DNA from: Candidatus Bathyarchaeia archaeon
GTDB taxonomy: Archaea; Thermoproteota; Bathyarchaeia; Bathyarchaeales; Bathycorpusculaceae
Direction: 5' to 3'
Assembly (NCBI GenBank): GCA_038882955.1
Contig: JAVZNC010000004.1
Location: 64,001-128,000, forward strand
DNA: 64,000 bases
The first letter of the stretch is position 1. Each line of letters opens with the position of its first letter. Both the position numbers and the translations under genes were made by a program. Of the stretch, positions 29,224 through 40,127 are shown one piece after another. The notes under the pieces were generated by a model. It was not told the origin of the DNA and did not search any database. It worked only from the letters and a program-made list of their open reading frames with translations.

Positions 29224-30261
29224 GTGATTAAGATGAAGGCAGCCATGCTATACGGCATAAAAGACTTAAGAGTTGAAGAAGTGTCCACGCCAGAAGTAAA
29301 AGCTGGCGAAATCCTCGTAGAGGTTAAGGCTGCAACAACATGTGGAACAGACCTAAAAATTTTCCAGCGGGGCTACATTGAAGGGGTAATAAAGCCTCCA
29401 ACGGTTTTTGGACACGAGTGGGCTGGCGAAGTAGTGGAAGTTGGCGAAGGCTTGGAGTGGCCCAGAAAGGGTATGCGTGTGCGTGCTGGAAACAGCGCTC
29501 CATGTTTGCATTGCACAATGTGTCAGAAGGGAAAGTATAACCTTTGCGAGAACATGATCTGGCTTTGGGGCGCATATGCAGAATACATTAAAGTTCCAGC
29601 GCGGATGGTTCTTGTCAACATGCAAGAGGTTCCACAGCATGTCTCTTTTGAGGAGGCAGCCATAACAGAGCCTTTGGCATGCGTTTTGCACGGGGTGGAA
29701 GAAGCTGGAGTCAAGCTCGGCGACAGCGTGGCGATAGTTGGCGCTGGACCTATAGGCTTATTGCATTTACTAACTGTTAAGCGGGTTGGCGCTGAAAAGG
29801 TCATAATTATAGACCTTGTTGAGGAGCGGCTGGATTTCGCCAAGAAGCTTGGCGCAGACGAAGTTGTTAACGCTGGAAAAGGCGACGCTGTGGATGAAGT
29901 TAGACGGCTAACAAACGGATATGGCGTTGATGTTGCAATAGAAGCCATAGGCTCGCCGCAAACATGGGAGAAATCACTAAAACTTGTTAGAAAAGGCGGA
30001 AAAGTTCTAGAATTTGGCGGATGCCCGCCTGGAACAGAGATTAAAGTCAGCACAGAGATGCTCCACTATGGAGAAGTGACGGTTTTAGGCACTTTCCACA
30101 CAACACCACTGCATTTTAGGAGAGCCCTAAATCTAATAGCCTCAAGAACAATTGACGTTAGACCATTAATAACAAGAAGGATGGGATTAGACGAAATTAA
30201 TGAGGCTTTCCAAATACTCGCCACATCAAAATGCGAAATTAAAATTGCAATAATCCCCTAA
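29224..30261 (+). CDS. Zinc-dependent (MDR) dehydrogenase, threonine/sorbitol dehydrogenase-like
   Basis: CGTD, GHE, CLHCTMC..C, EPLAC, GAGPIG. Confidence 0.92.
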   Translation: MIKMKAAMLYGIKDLRVEEVSTPEVKAGEILVEVKAATTCGTDLKIFQRGYIEGVIKPPTVFGHEWAGEVVEVGEGLEWPRKGMRVRAGNSAPCLHCTMCQKGKYNLCENMIWLWGAYAEYIKVPARMVLVNMQEVPQHVSFEEAAITEPLACVLHGVEEAGVKLGDSVAIVGAGPIGLLHLLTVKRVGAEKVIIIDLVEERLDFAKKLGADEVVNAGKGDAVDEVRRLTNGYGVDVAIEAIGSPQTWEKSLKLVRKGGKVLEFGGCPPGTEIKVSTEMLHYGEVTVLGTFHTTPLHFRRALNLIASRTIDVRPLITRRMGLDEINEAFQILATSKCEIKIAIIP

Positions 30262-30310
30262 CAACCTTTGTTAAAGTGTTATTAGAGAGTAAACAGTAAT
30301 TTACAGTGCG

Positions 30311-30709
30311 GTGTTATACATGAAGTTTACATATACGGGCATTCGCGTTAGAAATTTAGAACGCTCAATAGAGTTTTACACAAAAACAATGGGCATGAAA
30401 ATAGTGCGTAAGGGCAAAATGAAAGCAGGCGGCATTTACGTACAACTCAAAAGCGAAAGATCACCGCAAATTTTGGAGCTAAACTATTACCCGCTAGGAA
30501 CAAAATTTTACGAAGAATATGTTGCCGGTTCCGAACTTGACCACCTAGCTTTCTGGTGCAAAGAAGTCCGAAAAGAGTATGCGCGGGTTCTCGCTGGCGG
30601 TGCAACATCAGCCATCGAGCCGTGGGATGAGGATGGCTATACGTTGGCTTTTGTTAGAGACCCTGATGGAATCTGGATTGAACTTATAGGGCGAGCCGCT
30701 AAAAAGTGA
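30311..30709 (+). CDS. VOC/glyoxalase family protein
   Basis: LERSIEFY, LELNY, HLAF, FVRDPDGIWIEL. Confidence 0.9.
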   Translation: MLYMKFTYTGIRVRNLERSIEFYTKTMGMKIVRKGKMKAGGIYVQLKSERSPQILELNYYPLGTKFYEEYVAGSELDHLAFWCKEVRKEYARVLAGGATSAIEPWDEDGYTLAFVRDPDGIWIELIGRAAKK

Positions 30710-30730
30710 GCGTAAAACTGCGCCTTAAGC

Positions 30731-31159
30731 ATGGTTGACGGAATGGTTGAGCCTAAAGGCTTAATCTTGAGAATAGCCACAAAAGAGTGGGTAAACCAAG
30801 TTTTCGATTATGCAATGTATTATACTGGTGCTCGTAGAAAAATGTCTGCTGGACAAACCGTAATATTCGTCCATAAAACAGAGTTTGGAGACTCCTTCAT
30901 AGGCTACGGCAAAATTGGAAACGTATATGCTGTTGAGGAGCTTTCTGAAATTGAAAGGAGCCTATGCGAAAAGTGGGGTTGGAAAGGAGCCATAGAATTC
31001 AAATACGTCGTCAAGTTTGATGAGCCATTGCCGATAAGGGAAACTTTCCTCAAAAATTTAAAAGTTAGGGGCAAAACTTTGCATTGCTTTCCGCTTAACA
31101 GAGAAAATTTAAACCAAATAATAGACAAGGCTGAGAAAAAGCAAACAAGAACGGCGTAA
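30731..31159 (+). CDS. EVE/PUA-like domain protein
   Basis: GQTVIFVH, FIGYGKI, IEF..VVKFDEPL pattern. Confidence 0.6.
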   Translation: MVDGMVEPKGLILRIATKEWVNQVFDYAMYYTGARRKMSAGQTVIFVHKTEFGDSFIGYGKIGNVYAVEELSEIERSLCEKWGWKGAIEFKYVVKFDEPLPIRETFLKNLKVRGKTLHCFPLNRENLNQIIDKAEKKQTRTA

Positions 31160-31166
31160 GATTGTT

Positions 31167-31796
31167 CTACCACGAGCATGGAATGTATTCACGTAATCTG
31201 AACTTCACGTTTAGGCTTTCCGCGATTTCCCTAACCTTTTCAACATCAACTTCTGGAATAGTAACCGCGGTGATTTCCAAATCAAAAGCTGTTCTAGCCC
31301 TTCTTACAAATTCAAGAACGCTTTCAAATGCTCCTTCAAATTTTGGTCTACAAACCTGCTTGTAGGTTTCACTGTCCTGCGCATTTAAGCTAACGCTAAT
31401 TCTGTTTACGCCAGCATCCAGCAATTCTTTTATAATATCCCGTCCAGCATTGATTATGTAGCCGTGACCGTTAGTGTCTACTCTGATTTTTACTGGTTTA
31501 CCATAAAACCTTCTAATCCACTTGCAAATTTGGATTATGGCATCCAATCTCTCAAGCGGTTCGCCGAAACCGCAGAAGACTACTTCGTCCCAGTTTCGCA
31601 TGTTTATGACGTTTTGCAGCTCGCATATAATCTCGTTAAGTGTTGGCTCCTTGTCCAGTTTAAGCTTGAATCCACCCACGCCACTTCTGAAATTTCTTAT
31701 GCAGAAGTAGCAGTTATTTGAGCACTTGTTTGTTGTATTTAGGTATAGGTTGTTTCCAAGCCAGTAAACTGTGCTTGCGCCTTTGCCTTTCTGCAT
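31167..31796 (-). CDS. TatD-associated radical SAM protein
   Basis: LYLN.TNKCSNNCYFCIR, EVVFCGFGEP, TNGHG, VSLNA. Confidence 0.88.
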   Translation of the reverse strand: MQKGKGASTVYWLGNNLYLNTTNKCSNNCYFCIRNFRSGVGGFKLKLDKEPTLNEIICELQNVINMRNWDEVVFCGFGEPLERLDAIIQICKWIRRFYGKPVKIRVDTNGHGYIINAGRDIIKELLDAGVNRISVSLNAQDSETYKQVCRPKFEGAFESVLEFVRRARTAFDLEITAVTIPEVDVEKVREIAESLNVKFRLREYIPCSW

Positions 31797-31891
31797 GCTT
31801 TAGCCTCTTTAATTCATGTATGAGAGGGAGGATGAAAGAATTTAAATGCTGATGCTGGTTTATGCTTCTGTTATTGCGAGGGCGCATAATC

Positions 31892-33520
31892 ATGGTTAAA
31901 TACGTTTTTGTTACGGGCGGAGTGTTAAGCTCCGTTGGTAAGGGTATTGTAACTTCTTCCATTGGAAAGATGCTCCAAGCAAGGGGCTTGAAGGTTACCG
32001 CCGTAAAAATTGACCCGTACGTGAATGTTGACGCTGGAACAATGAACCCCTACATGCACGGAGAAGTTTACGTCACTGATGATGGCGGCGAAACAGACCT
32101 TGACCTTGGCTGGTACGAGCGCTTTTTGGATTTGAGTCTTCGAAAGGACAATAACATTACGACGGGCTTGGTTTACAAGGCTGTCATCGAAAAAGAGCGT
32201 AAAGGCGACTTTCTAGGAAGATGCGTCCAAATCGTGCCGCATGTGACAAACGAAATTAAAAGTCGTATCCGCGCTGTTGCAAAGCACACCGACGTGGATG
32301 TTGTCTTAACAGAGGTTGGCGGAACAGTAGGTGACATTGAAGGCTTGCCGTTCCTAGAGGCTATACGCCAAATGCGCTTGGAAGAAGGATATGAGAACAC
32401 GCTTTACGTTCACGTTGCCCTAGTTCCAATATTGGACGTTACAAAGGAAATGAAAACCAAGCCTCTCCAGCACAGCGTAAACGAGTTAAGGCGCATAGGC
32501 ATTCAGCCCGACGTAATAGTTGCGAGATGCTCCGAAATGATAGATTCTGAAGCGCTGCACAAAATAGCATTGTTCGGCACAATACCAGAAAACGCCGTTT
32601 TCTGCTCACACAACGTCGAAACAATCTATCAAGTACCACTAATTTTGGACGAGCAAGGCATGGGCGAATTCATATGCAAAAGGCTTGGATTCCCACAGCG
32701 CAAACCAGACTATGGCGAATGGAAAAGCTTTGTTGACGCAATACTTCAGCCAAAATACGAAGTAAAAATAGCCCTCGTCGGGAAATACGCTGGATTAGCA
32801 GACAGTTACGTGAGCATGAATGAGGCGTTGCGTCATGCTGGTGCCGCCTGCAAAGCGAAGGTTTGCATAAGCTACATTGAAGCTGAAAACTTTGAAAAGA
32901 ATCCCAAGGACGTGGAAAAACTCAGGGAGTATGATGGGATATTTGTGCCCTACGGTTTTGGTCCAAGGGGCACGGAGGGAAAAATAATGGCGATAAGGTT
33001 TGCAAGGGAGAACAACATTCCGTTTCTCGGCATATGCTACGGTTTCCAACTTGCTGTTGTCGAATTCGCGAGATACGTGTGCGGCTTAAAGGATGCGAGC
33101 AGTACTGAAATTAACCCTTCAACGCCCCATCCAGTAATCGACCTTATGCCAGAACAGCGGGGAATCGAAATTAAGGGGGCGACAATGCGGCTAGGCGCAC
33201 ACAAAATAATTGTTAAGCCATGCACGACCGCGTATGCCCTTTACAAAAGCGAGGAAATTTATGAACGACACCGCCACAGATTCGAGGTAAACCTTGACTA
33301 TATGGAAACCTTTGAAAAGAATGGCTTAATATTTTCTGGAAAAAGCGCTGATGGAAGGCGCATGGAAATCCTTGAGTTGCCAACGCACTTCTTCTTTTTC
33401 GCTTCGCAATTCCACGGGGAATTCAAAAGCCGCCCTGGAAGACCAGACCCAGAGTATTACGGCTTTGTTAAAGCGTGCTTAGATAAAAAGTTGGGCAAGT
33501 CTAAGCCCGATTTTCAGTAA
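31892..33520 (+). CDS. pyrG: CTP synthase
   Basis: [45 protein letters not shown]. Confidence 0.98.
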   Translation: MVKYVFVTGGVLSSVGKGIVTSSIGKMLQARGLKVTAVKIDPYVNVDAGTMNPYMHGEVYVTDDGGETDLDLGWYERFLDLSLRKDNNITTGLVYKAVIEKERKGDFLGRCVQIVPHVTNEIKSRIRAVAKHTDVDVVLTEVGGTVGDIEGLPFLEAIRQMRLEEGYENTLYVHVALVPILDVTKEMKTKPLQHSVNELRRIGIQPDVIVARCSEMIDSEALHKIALFGTIPENAVFCSHNVETIYQVPLILDEQGMGEFICKRLGFPQRKPDYGEWKSFVDAILQPKYEVKIALVGKYAGLADSYVSMNEALRHAGAACKAKVCISYIEAENFEKNPKDVEKLREYDGIFVPYGFGPRGTEGKIMAIRFARENNIPFLGICYGFQLAVVEFARYVCGLKDASSTEINPSTPHPVIDLMPEQRGIEIKGATMRLGAHKIIVKPCTTAYALYKSEEIYERHRHRFEVNLDYMETFEKNGLIFSGKSADGRRMEILELPTHFFFFASQFHGEFKSRPGRPDPEYYGFVKACLDKKLGKSKPDFQ

Positions 33521-33945
33521 ACTCTATGATATGGTCTTAAAAGTTCTTCAAGAATTGAAAGCATTGTTGGAACCTTCGCCACAATGTCGCTGAAGGTTAT
33601 TATGCCAACAAGCTTGCCATCATTCATCACTGGGAGACGTTTGACGCGCTTTTTCGCCATGAGTTTGGCTGCTTCCTCGATGCTTGCGTTTTCGTTTATT
33701 GTTTGCACTGGGCTAGTCATAACTTGTCTTGCTGTTAGGGTTTCAGGCGCCAAGCATGGTTCAACAAGTCGTCTTAGGATGTCGCGTTCGGTTATTATTC
33801 CAACTGGTCTGTCTCCTTGAACAACTATTATTGAGCCTATGTCAAACTTGTTCATGGTTGCGACAACCTCTCTAACTGTTGTGTCTGGGCGCACAACCCT
33901 AACATCCTTCGACATGACGTCTCTAACCAAAACTATTCCAGCCAT
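33514..33945 (-). CDS. CBS domain protein
   Basis: Tandem CBS: [20 protein letters not shown]. Confidence 0.92.
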   Translation of the reverse strand: MAGIVLVRDVMSKDVRVVRPDTTVREVVATMNKFDIGSIIVVQGDRPVGIITERDILRRLVEPCLAPETLTARQVMTSPVQTINENASIEEAAKLMAKKRVKRLPVMNDGKLVGIITFSDIVAKVPTMLSILEELLRPYHRVY

Positions 33946-34037
33946 GCGCAATTTCGCCTCCAACAACCTCTACATTTCTATTGTGCCAATCCTCTTATTT
34001 ATTTTAATGTGCTTAAAATTAGGTACACAGCATAAGC

Positions 34038-34553
34038 TTGGAGAAAACACACATGAGCGCTGGGAAGAATGAAGCTTTTAAGAAACGCTTAGAAGAAGCT
34101 GAAAAGTACAGTGAAATCTGGGAAGTTGTTAAAGACACGGTTGAGTTTTCGCTTCACAAGCGCAGAGGCGGAATGATGCTTTTCCTCGATGATTTGCCCA
34201 TCCAGTTAGGCGCTTACCACCCAATCGGAACAAACAACATTGTCCTAAATAGGCGCCTAGTTCAAATTGTCGAGGGCGCGATTAAATCAAAGCGTGTAAT
34301 TAACGCCCTCATTTATAATCTTCTTTTGCACGAGTACCTCCACGCTCTTGGCAAGTATTCAGAATTTGAAGTTAGACAGCTTGTCTACGAAATTGCAAGA
34401 CAATGCTTCGGAGAAGAACATGTGGCAACCGCTATTGCCAAGAAGAGCCCATGGGCTTTGCTTAGCGGCATACCACTAGAAACAGTTAACATTCCAAAAA
34501 GGGTTATGGAAATCGTGAAGGATTTCGAGAAGGCAGATAGATACATAATTTGA
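34038..34553 (+). CDS. Conserved archaeal HEXXH protein
   Basis: GAYHP, LLHEYLHALG. Confidence 0.75.
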   Translation: MEKTHMSAGKNEAFKKRLEEAEKYSEIWEVVKDTVEFSLHKRRGGMMLFLDDLPIQLGAYHPIGTNNIVLNRRLVQIVEGAIKSKRVINALIYNLLLHEYLHALGKYSEFEVRQLVYEIARQCFGEEHVATAIAKKSPWALLSGIPLETVNIPKRVMEIVKDFEKADRYII

Positions 34554-34603
34554 ATGCTAAAAAGAGATAAATTGGATGCCAACCCTAATTTTTATGACAG
34601 CCT

Positions 34604-35479
34604 ATGAATCTTAAGAGTGAAATTGGCGGAAACATGCCAAACAAGCTCGTTGAAGACGGAAAAGCGCTAATCAGCAAAGTTACAGTTAAACGCGATCTGA
34701 AAGAGGGCGTGTTGCATGCTGTAGATTTGATTGGCGGTTTCAGTAGGGTTATTGAAAGTGGTGATGAGGTTCTTTTAAAACCAAATTATAACAGCGCAGA
34801 TCCACCGCCAGCCTCAACGGACCCAGAATTTTTGAGAGCGTTGGTGGAGCTTCTTTACGAGCATGGCGCTGGAAGGGTTGTTGTCGGCGAATCTTCCATG
34901 CAGACGCTTTCAACGAGAAAGGTTATGGAGAAAACTGGTGCTTTGGAGAGATTAAGCGACAGCGGGGCGGAAATAGCCTTTTTCGATGAGGGTAGATGGG
35001 TTAAGGTTGAAGTTGGCGGAAAATACTTGAAAAGGGCGAGTTTGCCGGAAAGAGCCTTACGTGCTGATAAGCTTGTTTATTGTTGTTGTATGAAAACCCA
35101 TTTTAAGGCGGATTTTTCGTTTAGCCTAAAACTTGCAGTAGGCTTCTTGAAGGGAAGCGAAAGAATAGCGCTTCACCTAACGCATTTGAGGGAGAAAATC
35201 GTCGACCTAAACCTTGTGGTACGCCCAAACCTAATAATCATGGACGGAAGAAAATGCTTCATCACAGGCGGACCATTCAACGGAGAAACACGCGAGCCAA
35301 ACGTTATTCTCGCTTCTGGAGACCGCATAGCCATGGACGTCGAATCAATAAAAATAATCGAGAGTTTTAACGGCGCAGTTTTGAAGGATGACCCATGGAG
35401 CTACACACAAATAAAGCGTGCTGCTGAGCTTGGTTTGGGCGCAAAAAGTGAACAAGATTACCGAATTATCTCCGCGTGA
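34604..35479 (+). CDS. DUF362 domain protein
   Basis: VLLKPN, T.PE, KTH, IMDG. Confidence 0.85.
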   Translation: MNLKSEIGGNMPNKLVEDGKALISKVTVKRDLKEGVLHAVDLIGGFSRVIESGDEVLLKPNYNSADPPPASTDPEFLRALVELLYEHGAGRVVVGESSMQTLSTRKVMEKTGALERLSDSGAEIAFFDEGRWVKVEVGGKYLKRASLPERALRADKLVYCCCMKTHFKADFSFSLKLAVGFLKGSERIALHLTHLREKIVDLNLVVRPNLIIMDGRKCFITGGPFNGETREPNVILASGDRIAMDVESIKIIESFNGAVLKDDPWSYTQIKRAAELGLGAKSEQDYRIISA

Positions 35480-35491
35480 ATAGGGATAGCG

Positions 35492-36511
35492 CTACTTTAG
35501 TTTTTCAAAGCGTATAATGTAAACAAGCTGGTTTTCGTCCCATTCCCCATAACGTTCAATCCATTTTCGCTTAAACTCGTTTAACGTGTATCCGCCTTCC
35601 CTTTTCGCGTCCTCCTCATCAAAATACTTCAACTTCTTCCTTTCCACAGCAGTAATGCGCAAATCCGCAATATGTGGCTCCCAGATGATGGCGCGGGCTA
35701 TGGCTCCAACCTTAACCTTTGGGTCTGGTGTTTCGATGCATGTGCTCTGCGTTTTAACTCCTTCGAGCAGAGGCTTCTTATCTTCAGACACGAATAGCAT
35801 CTCGAATGGTGCGCTTCTAACGTCCTCAACAATTTTTTCTATTGGCTTTTCTGGTTCAAGCGCAACCTTCTTGATTATTTCCTTTCGTTCTTTAACTGGA
35901 AGTCGCTCTTCAGCCAGCTTCCTAATAACCTCAACCTTTTTTTCCGGCTCCTTTACGGAACGACCAACAGCCACCGCCGTTTGATAATCAACCTTTCCTT
36001 CCGGCACCTGCCCAGAAATTGTTGAGGGAGCAACATACCTTTGTGCTTCTTCTGGGATAACATCAGCGGCTTGAAGCCAAAGCGAAACCGCGTTTACGCT
36101 TACGCCTATTTTTTCAGCTAGAGCTGCCTTTGATGGATATTTCTCACGGCAATTCTCTAGCAGATACTTGCAAACTTTTCCTTTCTCAACCGCGTTCAAA
36201 TCTTCGCGCTGAATATTCTCAATAAGGTTTAGCTGAACAACCTCGTCGTCGCTATACGCTCTAACAATTGCTGGAACCTTCCGTAATCCAGCCTGCTGCG
36301 AAGCCCTATAACGCCTTTCGCCAACAACAACCTCGTACTCATCTGTACCAACTGGTCTAACAATTATTGGCTCGAGAAGTCCCACTTCACGTATGCTTGA
36401 AGCCAATTCGTTGAGGCGTTCAATGTTCAATTCTAATCGCGGATTAAGCCTGCTTGGACGAATATTATTGAGCTCTATTTCCTTAACTGTTTCAGCCATG
36501 ATTTGCACCAT
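35492..36511 (-). CDS. ParB/Spo0J-like protein with C-terminal ASCH domain
   Basis: GLLEPIIVR, GERRYRA, LIENIQREDL, HTH; C-terminal G.KTQ...EDAKREG...W...Y...V.IIRF. Confidence 0.85.
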   Translation of the reverse strand: MVQIMAETVKEIELNNIRPSRLNPRLELNIERLNELASSIREVGLLEPIIVRPVGTDEYEVVVGERRYRASQQAGLRKVPAIVRAYSDDEVVQLNLIENIQREDLNAVEKGKVCKYLLENCREKYPSKAALAEKIGVSVNAVSLWLQAADVIPEEAQRYVAPSTISGQVPEGKVDYQTAVAVGRSVKEPEKKVEVIRKLAEERLPVKERKEIIKKVALEPEKPIEKIVEDVRSAPFEMLFVSEDKKPLLEGVKTQSTCIETPDPKVKVGAIARAIIWEPHIADLRITAVERKKLKYFDEEDAKREGGYTLNEFKRKWIERYGEWDENQLVYIIRFEKLK

Positions 36512-36515
36512 GCGT

Positions 36516-37070
36516 TTACAAGCCTATCTCTGAAGCTACGCTTTTCAAGCCGTTTAGGGCTATTTCAAAAAACTTTTCTCTGGGAATTCCAATCTCCTCG
36601 CAAACGAGAATCCTTTCCCTGTCAGCGCCGCGTGCAAAGTCCTTGTCCTTAAACTTTTTTGCGACGCTCTCGACTTTAACGTCAGCCAACTTTTTAGAAG
36701 GCATAACCAAAGCACAAGCCACAAGCAAACCCGAAATAGCGTCAGAAGCAATTAACGCCTTTTCCATGCGCGTTTCTGGTATAACACTTGTATGCCCAAA
36801 GTTGTGAGCTTTAACCGCCCTAATCACTTCTTCTGGCACGAGTCCCTTCAAAATTTCTTCAGCCAAAAGACCGTGCCTCTCGGGGTTAGCCTCGGTCTTC
36901 TCGTAATCCACGTCATGAAGTAAACCAACAAGTCCCCACAATTCTTCGTTTTCTCCAAAATGTTTTGCTAAGCTGCGCATTATTGCTTCAACAGCAAGCA
37001 TGTGGTAAACAACGTTACGCTTGGTAATATGTTTCTTGACAAGGTTTAATGCTTCATCACGCGTTAGCAA
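36516..37070 (-). CDS. HD-domain (HDIG) phosphohydrolase
   Basis: H..AVEA.MR, GLLHDVD, K.KDKDFARG. Confidence 0.88.
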   Translation of the reverse strand: MLTRDEALNLVKKHITKRNVVYHMLAVEAIMRSLAKHFGENEELWGLVGLLHDVDYEKTEANPERHGLLAEEILKGLVPEEVIRAVKAHNFGHTSVIPETRMEKALIASDAISGLLVACALVMPSKKLADVKVESVAKKFKDKDFARGADRERILVCEEIGIPREKFFEIALNGLKSVASEIGL

Positions 37071-37201
37071 GAGCTCACCCTAATCACATCATTTTTGGAG
37101 TTTATCCTTATAAACTCTCAGACACTTTTTGTGGCGGAATTGGGTAAAGTATATAATGCTGCTCAAAGTCCATTTTGCTTCATTGCTGGTGTAAAGCGTC
37201 G

Positions 37202-38275
37202 ATGAATTCGCTGAAGTTTAGGCTTACTTGGAAAACTTTAATTCTGCCAATGCTTGGAGTGATTGCCTTCATCGTGTACATTTATCTCTTTAACGTGGAT
37301 ATACCAGCAATAATTAGCATAATGCAGCAAACGAACCTTTACATTTATTTTTGGGCTGCAGCCTTCCTTTTCTTGCAGACTTTCCTTTTCGCGCTTTCAT
37401 GGCGTTTTCTAGTAAATTTTCTTTCAGTTAAGCTTTCAGCTGTACGAGCATTTCTCTACGTTTGGTATGGCATTTTCGTAGACATAATCATACCAGCAGA
37501 ATCGCTAAGCGGAGAGCTTTCAAAAGTCTATTTGATTGCCAGAGAGCAAAATGGCACAAGCGGGAAGGTTGTAGCGTCGCTTGTTGCTCAGAGGTTCATT
37601 GGAATGGCGGTCAACGTAATAACATTACTTGTCGGTGTCAGCCTATTAATAGCCAAGATGCAACTGGGCGGGATAATCCTAAACTTGGCTATATTCCTAA
37701 CAATAATGATAACCGCCTTCTTGGTGATGCTGCTCCTCTTATGCGTCAAAGAGGAGTGGACCAGGAAAATCCTCGACTCAATTTTGAGGTTTGCTGAATG
37801 GATTGGGCGCGGACGCTTAAAACTGACAAAGATTAAGGAGGAAGTGGCTCAAGCTTTACGGATTTTCCATGATTCAATGAAAAGTTTTGGACGCGCATAC
37901 AAAACGCTTTTTGCATCATCAACGTTTTTTGTTGTCGCATGGATTCTAAGCCTAGCAGTGGATTACCTCATTTTTCTATCCTTAGGGTATCCTGTGCCAT
38001 GGGAAGTCATAATAGTATCCGCCTCAATCTTTGTCGCTGTGAAATCCATCCCTATAGGTGTTCCCTTCGAAATTGGATTACCAGAGATAACCATGACAAC
38101 ATTATACATTGCTTTTGGCGTAGACCCAAAAATAAGCGCAACAGTGACAATTCTAAACAGGATTTTGACTTTGTGGCTTAGGTTTTTCGTTGGGTTTGCA
38201 ATTCAAGAGTGGATTGAAATAAAGGCGATAAGGATGTTTAACCAAAGCGCAAGCGGAATGGCAGACAAAACCTAA
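37202..38275 (+). CDS. Lysylphosphatidylglycerol synthase TM / flippase-like protein (UPF0104)
   Basis: Multi-TM; IP...SGE, P..IG.PE, R..T.W. Confidence 0.85.
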   Translation: MNSLKFRLTWKTLILPMLGVIAFIVYIYLFNVDIPAIISIMQQTNLYIYFWAAAFLFLQTFLFALSWRFLVNFLSVKLSAVRAFLYVWYGIFVDIIIPAESLSGELSKVYLIAREQNGTSGKVVASLVAQRFIGMAVNVITLLVGVSLLIAKMQLGGIILNLAIFLTIMITAFLVMLLLLCVKEEWTRKILDSILRFAEWIGRGRLKLTKIKEEVAQALRIFHDSMKSFGRAYKTLFASSTFFVVAWILSLAVDYLIFLSLGYPVPWEVIIVSASIFVAVKSIPIGVPFEIGLPEITMTTLYIAFGVDPKISATVTILNRILTLWLRFFVGFAIQEWIEIKAIRMFNQSASGMADKT

Positions 38276-38311
38276 ATTACACTTTAACCCTTTTTTGATT
38301 GATGTTGGCAA

Positions 38312-38764
38312 ATGCAGATAACAGTTGAAGATGCCTCTCTTAGGCATTTGGATAGACTTTACGAAATTGAAATCAAATGCTTCGAAAAGGAGGCATTCAC
38401 GAAACAGCAAATTGCCAGCCTCCTCGCAAATTATAACGCGGTAGGCTTAATTGCAAAATTGAACGGAGAGATAGTTGGTTTTGTTATTGGCATGCTATAT
38501 GCAGATGATGGCAGAATTGTTGGGCACATTTTAACCGTGGATGTCTTACCAGAACATCGCCGAAGAGGTATAGGGTTGAGGCTCTTGGAGGAAATTGAAA
38601 AGATTTTTAGGGGTAAAGGCGCAAACGTTAGCGTCTTGGAAGTTCGAGAAGACAATATTGCGGCTTTGAGGCTCTATCAGAAACTTGGATACAAGAGGGT
38701 TGCAAAGCTAAAATATTATTATGGAGACGTGCACGGCATTTTCTTGCGCAAACCTTTAACTTAG
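38312..38764 (+). CDS. rimI: RimI/Ard1 family N-acetyltransferase
   Basis: V.PEHRRRGIG, LEVREDN.AA..LY.KLGY, YY. Confidence 0.88.
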   Translation: MQITVEDASLRHLDRLYEIEIKCFEKEAFTKQQIASLLANYNAVGLIAKLNGEIVGFVIGMLYADDGRIVGHILTVDVLPEHRRRGIGLRLLEEIEKIFRGKGANVSVLEVREDNIAALRLYQKLGYKRVAKLKYYYGDVHGIFLRKPLT

Positions 38765-39181
38765 CTTCAAAAGTTTCAGTTTAGTCTTTTCGTCGAATGC
38801 TCTTTGGAGAATCATATCTTTAAACTCGATTATTACTAGTTCAGCGGTTGCGCCTACAATTGAGTTTTTCATTAAGTGCCCGCCGAAGGCTTCGCATTTC
38901 TCGTTTGAAACAACAATGTGCACGTGAATTACTGTTTCACCATTTTCATCAACAGCGATGTTTCCCATGCAGGAAGCTATTTCAAGAGGTCCATTAATCC
39001 TTGTTGGGTAGTATTGTCCATCCTTGTAGAATCCGAGCACGGCTTCCTTTAAACTTCCAATTAGGGTGAACATTCCCGCTTTTACCATGCTTTCTTCGGC
39101 TCTTTTCTTGATTGCATCAGTTAAGTCCTCCCCTTCTGAAAGGCGGAAAACGCGAACTTTTCCAACACTTCCTTTTGGCAT
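38756..39181 (-). CDS. PPC/DUF296 domain protein
   Basis: RL..GEDL, EIASCMGNI, HVH, GGHL. Confidence 0.88.
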   Translation of the reverse strand: MPKGSVGKVRVFRLSEGEDLTDAIKKRAEESMVKAGMFTLIGSLKEAVLGFYKDGQYYPTRINGPLEIASCMGNIAVDENGETVIHVHIVVSNEKCEAFGGHLMKNSIVGATAELVIIEFKDMILQRAFDEKTKLKLLKLS

Positions 39182-39224
39182 AATTTGCCCTTCGACATGG
39201 TTTGAAACGTAAACTCTAAAAGGC

Positions 39225-39524
39225 TTGTATGTCAAATATATTTTGTGGTGGAAATTGCGAAGTAAAAAGAAACGTGGAGAATCGCAGAGGCTTGTTAAGG
39301 CTATAGTTGTTCTCATTCGAAATACTACGTGGCGATGCGGTAAGCTTGAGAAGTCCATAGTTAGACATCTTTATGCGCGTAAAGCTGGTTTTGGAAAACC
39401 AGAGGCTCCAGTCACGGACATGATAAAAAGTTTTAACTTGTCTGGGAAAAAGCGGAACGAATTTTTAGACGCGATTAGGCGATTGGAGAGAAGGAATATA
39501 ATAAGAATCTTCGTTATGAACTAA
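39225..39524 (+). CDS. Hypothetical basic winged-helix-like protein
   Basis: AIRRLERRNII-type C-terminus; start uncertain. Confidence 0.55.
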   Translation: MYVKYILWWKLRSKKKRGESQRLVKAIVVLIRNTTWRCGKLEKSIVRHLYARKAGFGKPEAPVTDMIKSFNLSGKKRNEFLDAIRRLERRNIIRIFVMN

Positions 39525-39542
39525 CCCTTTTAAGGCGATTCC

Positions 39543-40007
39543 TTAAGCTTGTTCGGTGAGTTTCTTTGCCTCGCTAATCCATCTACTAGTTATTTTCGGC
39601 GAAATTTGGAGCTTTGAGGCTAGATCCTTTGCTGAAGCCTTGGCTAGATCTTCAAGTGTGTTTATTCCAAGAGCCTTTAACTGTTCTGAACGTTTTGCCC
39701 CTATACCCTTAACCTTTGTAAGTTCAGACGTAAGCGGCATTGCTACTGGAGCAACTTCAACAGACATCTCCTTTTTCTCCTCTTGTACTGTTTCGATGGC
39801 TGGTGTTGGCGTAGGCGTTGGCGTCGGTGGTGGCGGCGCTGCTTGAGGTTTTGGTCTTTGAGTGTAGCCTAACCCTATGAATAGGAATCCAAGAACCGTC
39901 GTGGTTATTATCCACAGTTCTTTGAGTTCAAGCTGGACGAATACGACCATTAGGGTTATAATGAAAAATATTATTGCTACTGCATAAAGGGCATAGTCTG
40001 AACGCAT
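39543..40007 (-). CDS. Membrane protein with C-terminal helix-hairpin-helix domain
   Basis: Two TMs, Pro/Thr linker, LTKVKGIG...L..LGI.T.EDLA. Confidence 0.82.
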   Translation of the reverse strand: MRSDYALYAVAIIFFIITLMVVFVQLELKELWIITTTVLGFLFIGLGYTQRPKPQAAPPPPTPTPTPTPAIETVQEEKKEMSVEVAPVAMPLTSELTKVKGIGAKRSEQLKALGINTLEDLAKASAKDLASKLQISPKITSRWISEAKKLTEQA

Positions 40008-40127
40008 GCCTTTCTTCTCCTTACCCCATCTATGTTTTGTGGAAGAGTTTAAATAATTTTCTGAATATCTGACATAAAAAGGCGGAAAATCGTCGTTTTT
40101 TACGCTTCTTTCACCTTAATTTTGGCG

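Noticed and set aside
39805-39845. GC-rich repetitive tract
   Set aside because: Encodes the PPPPTPTPTPT linker of the HhH membrane protein.
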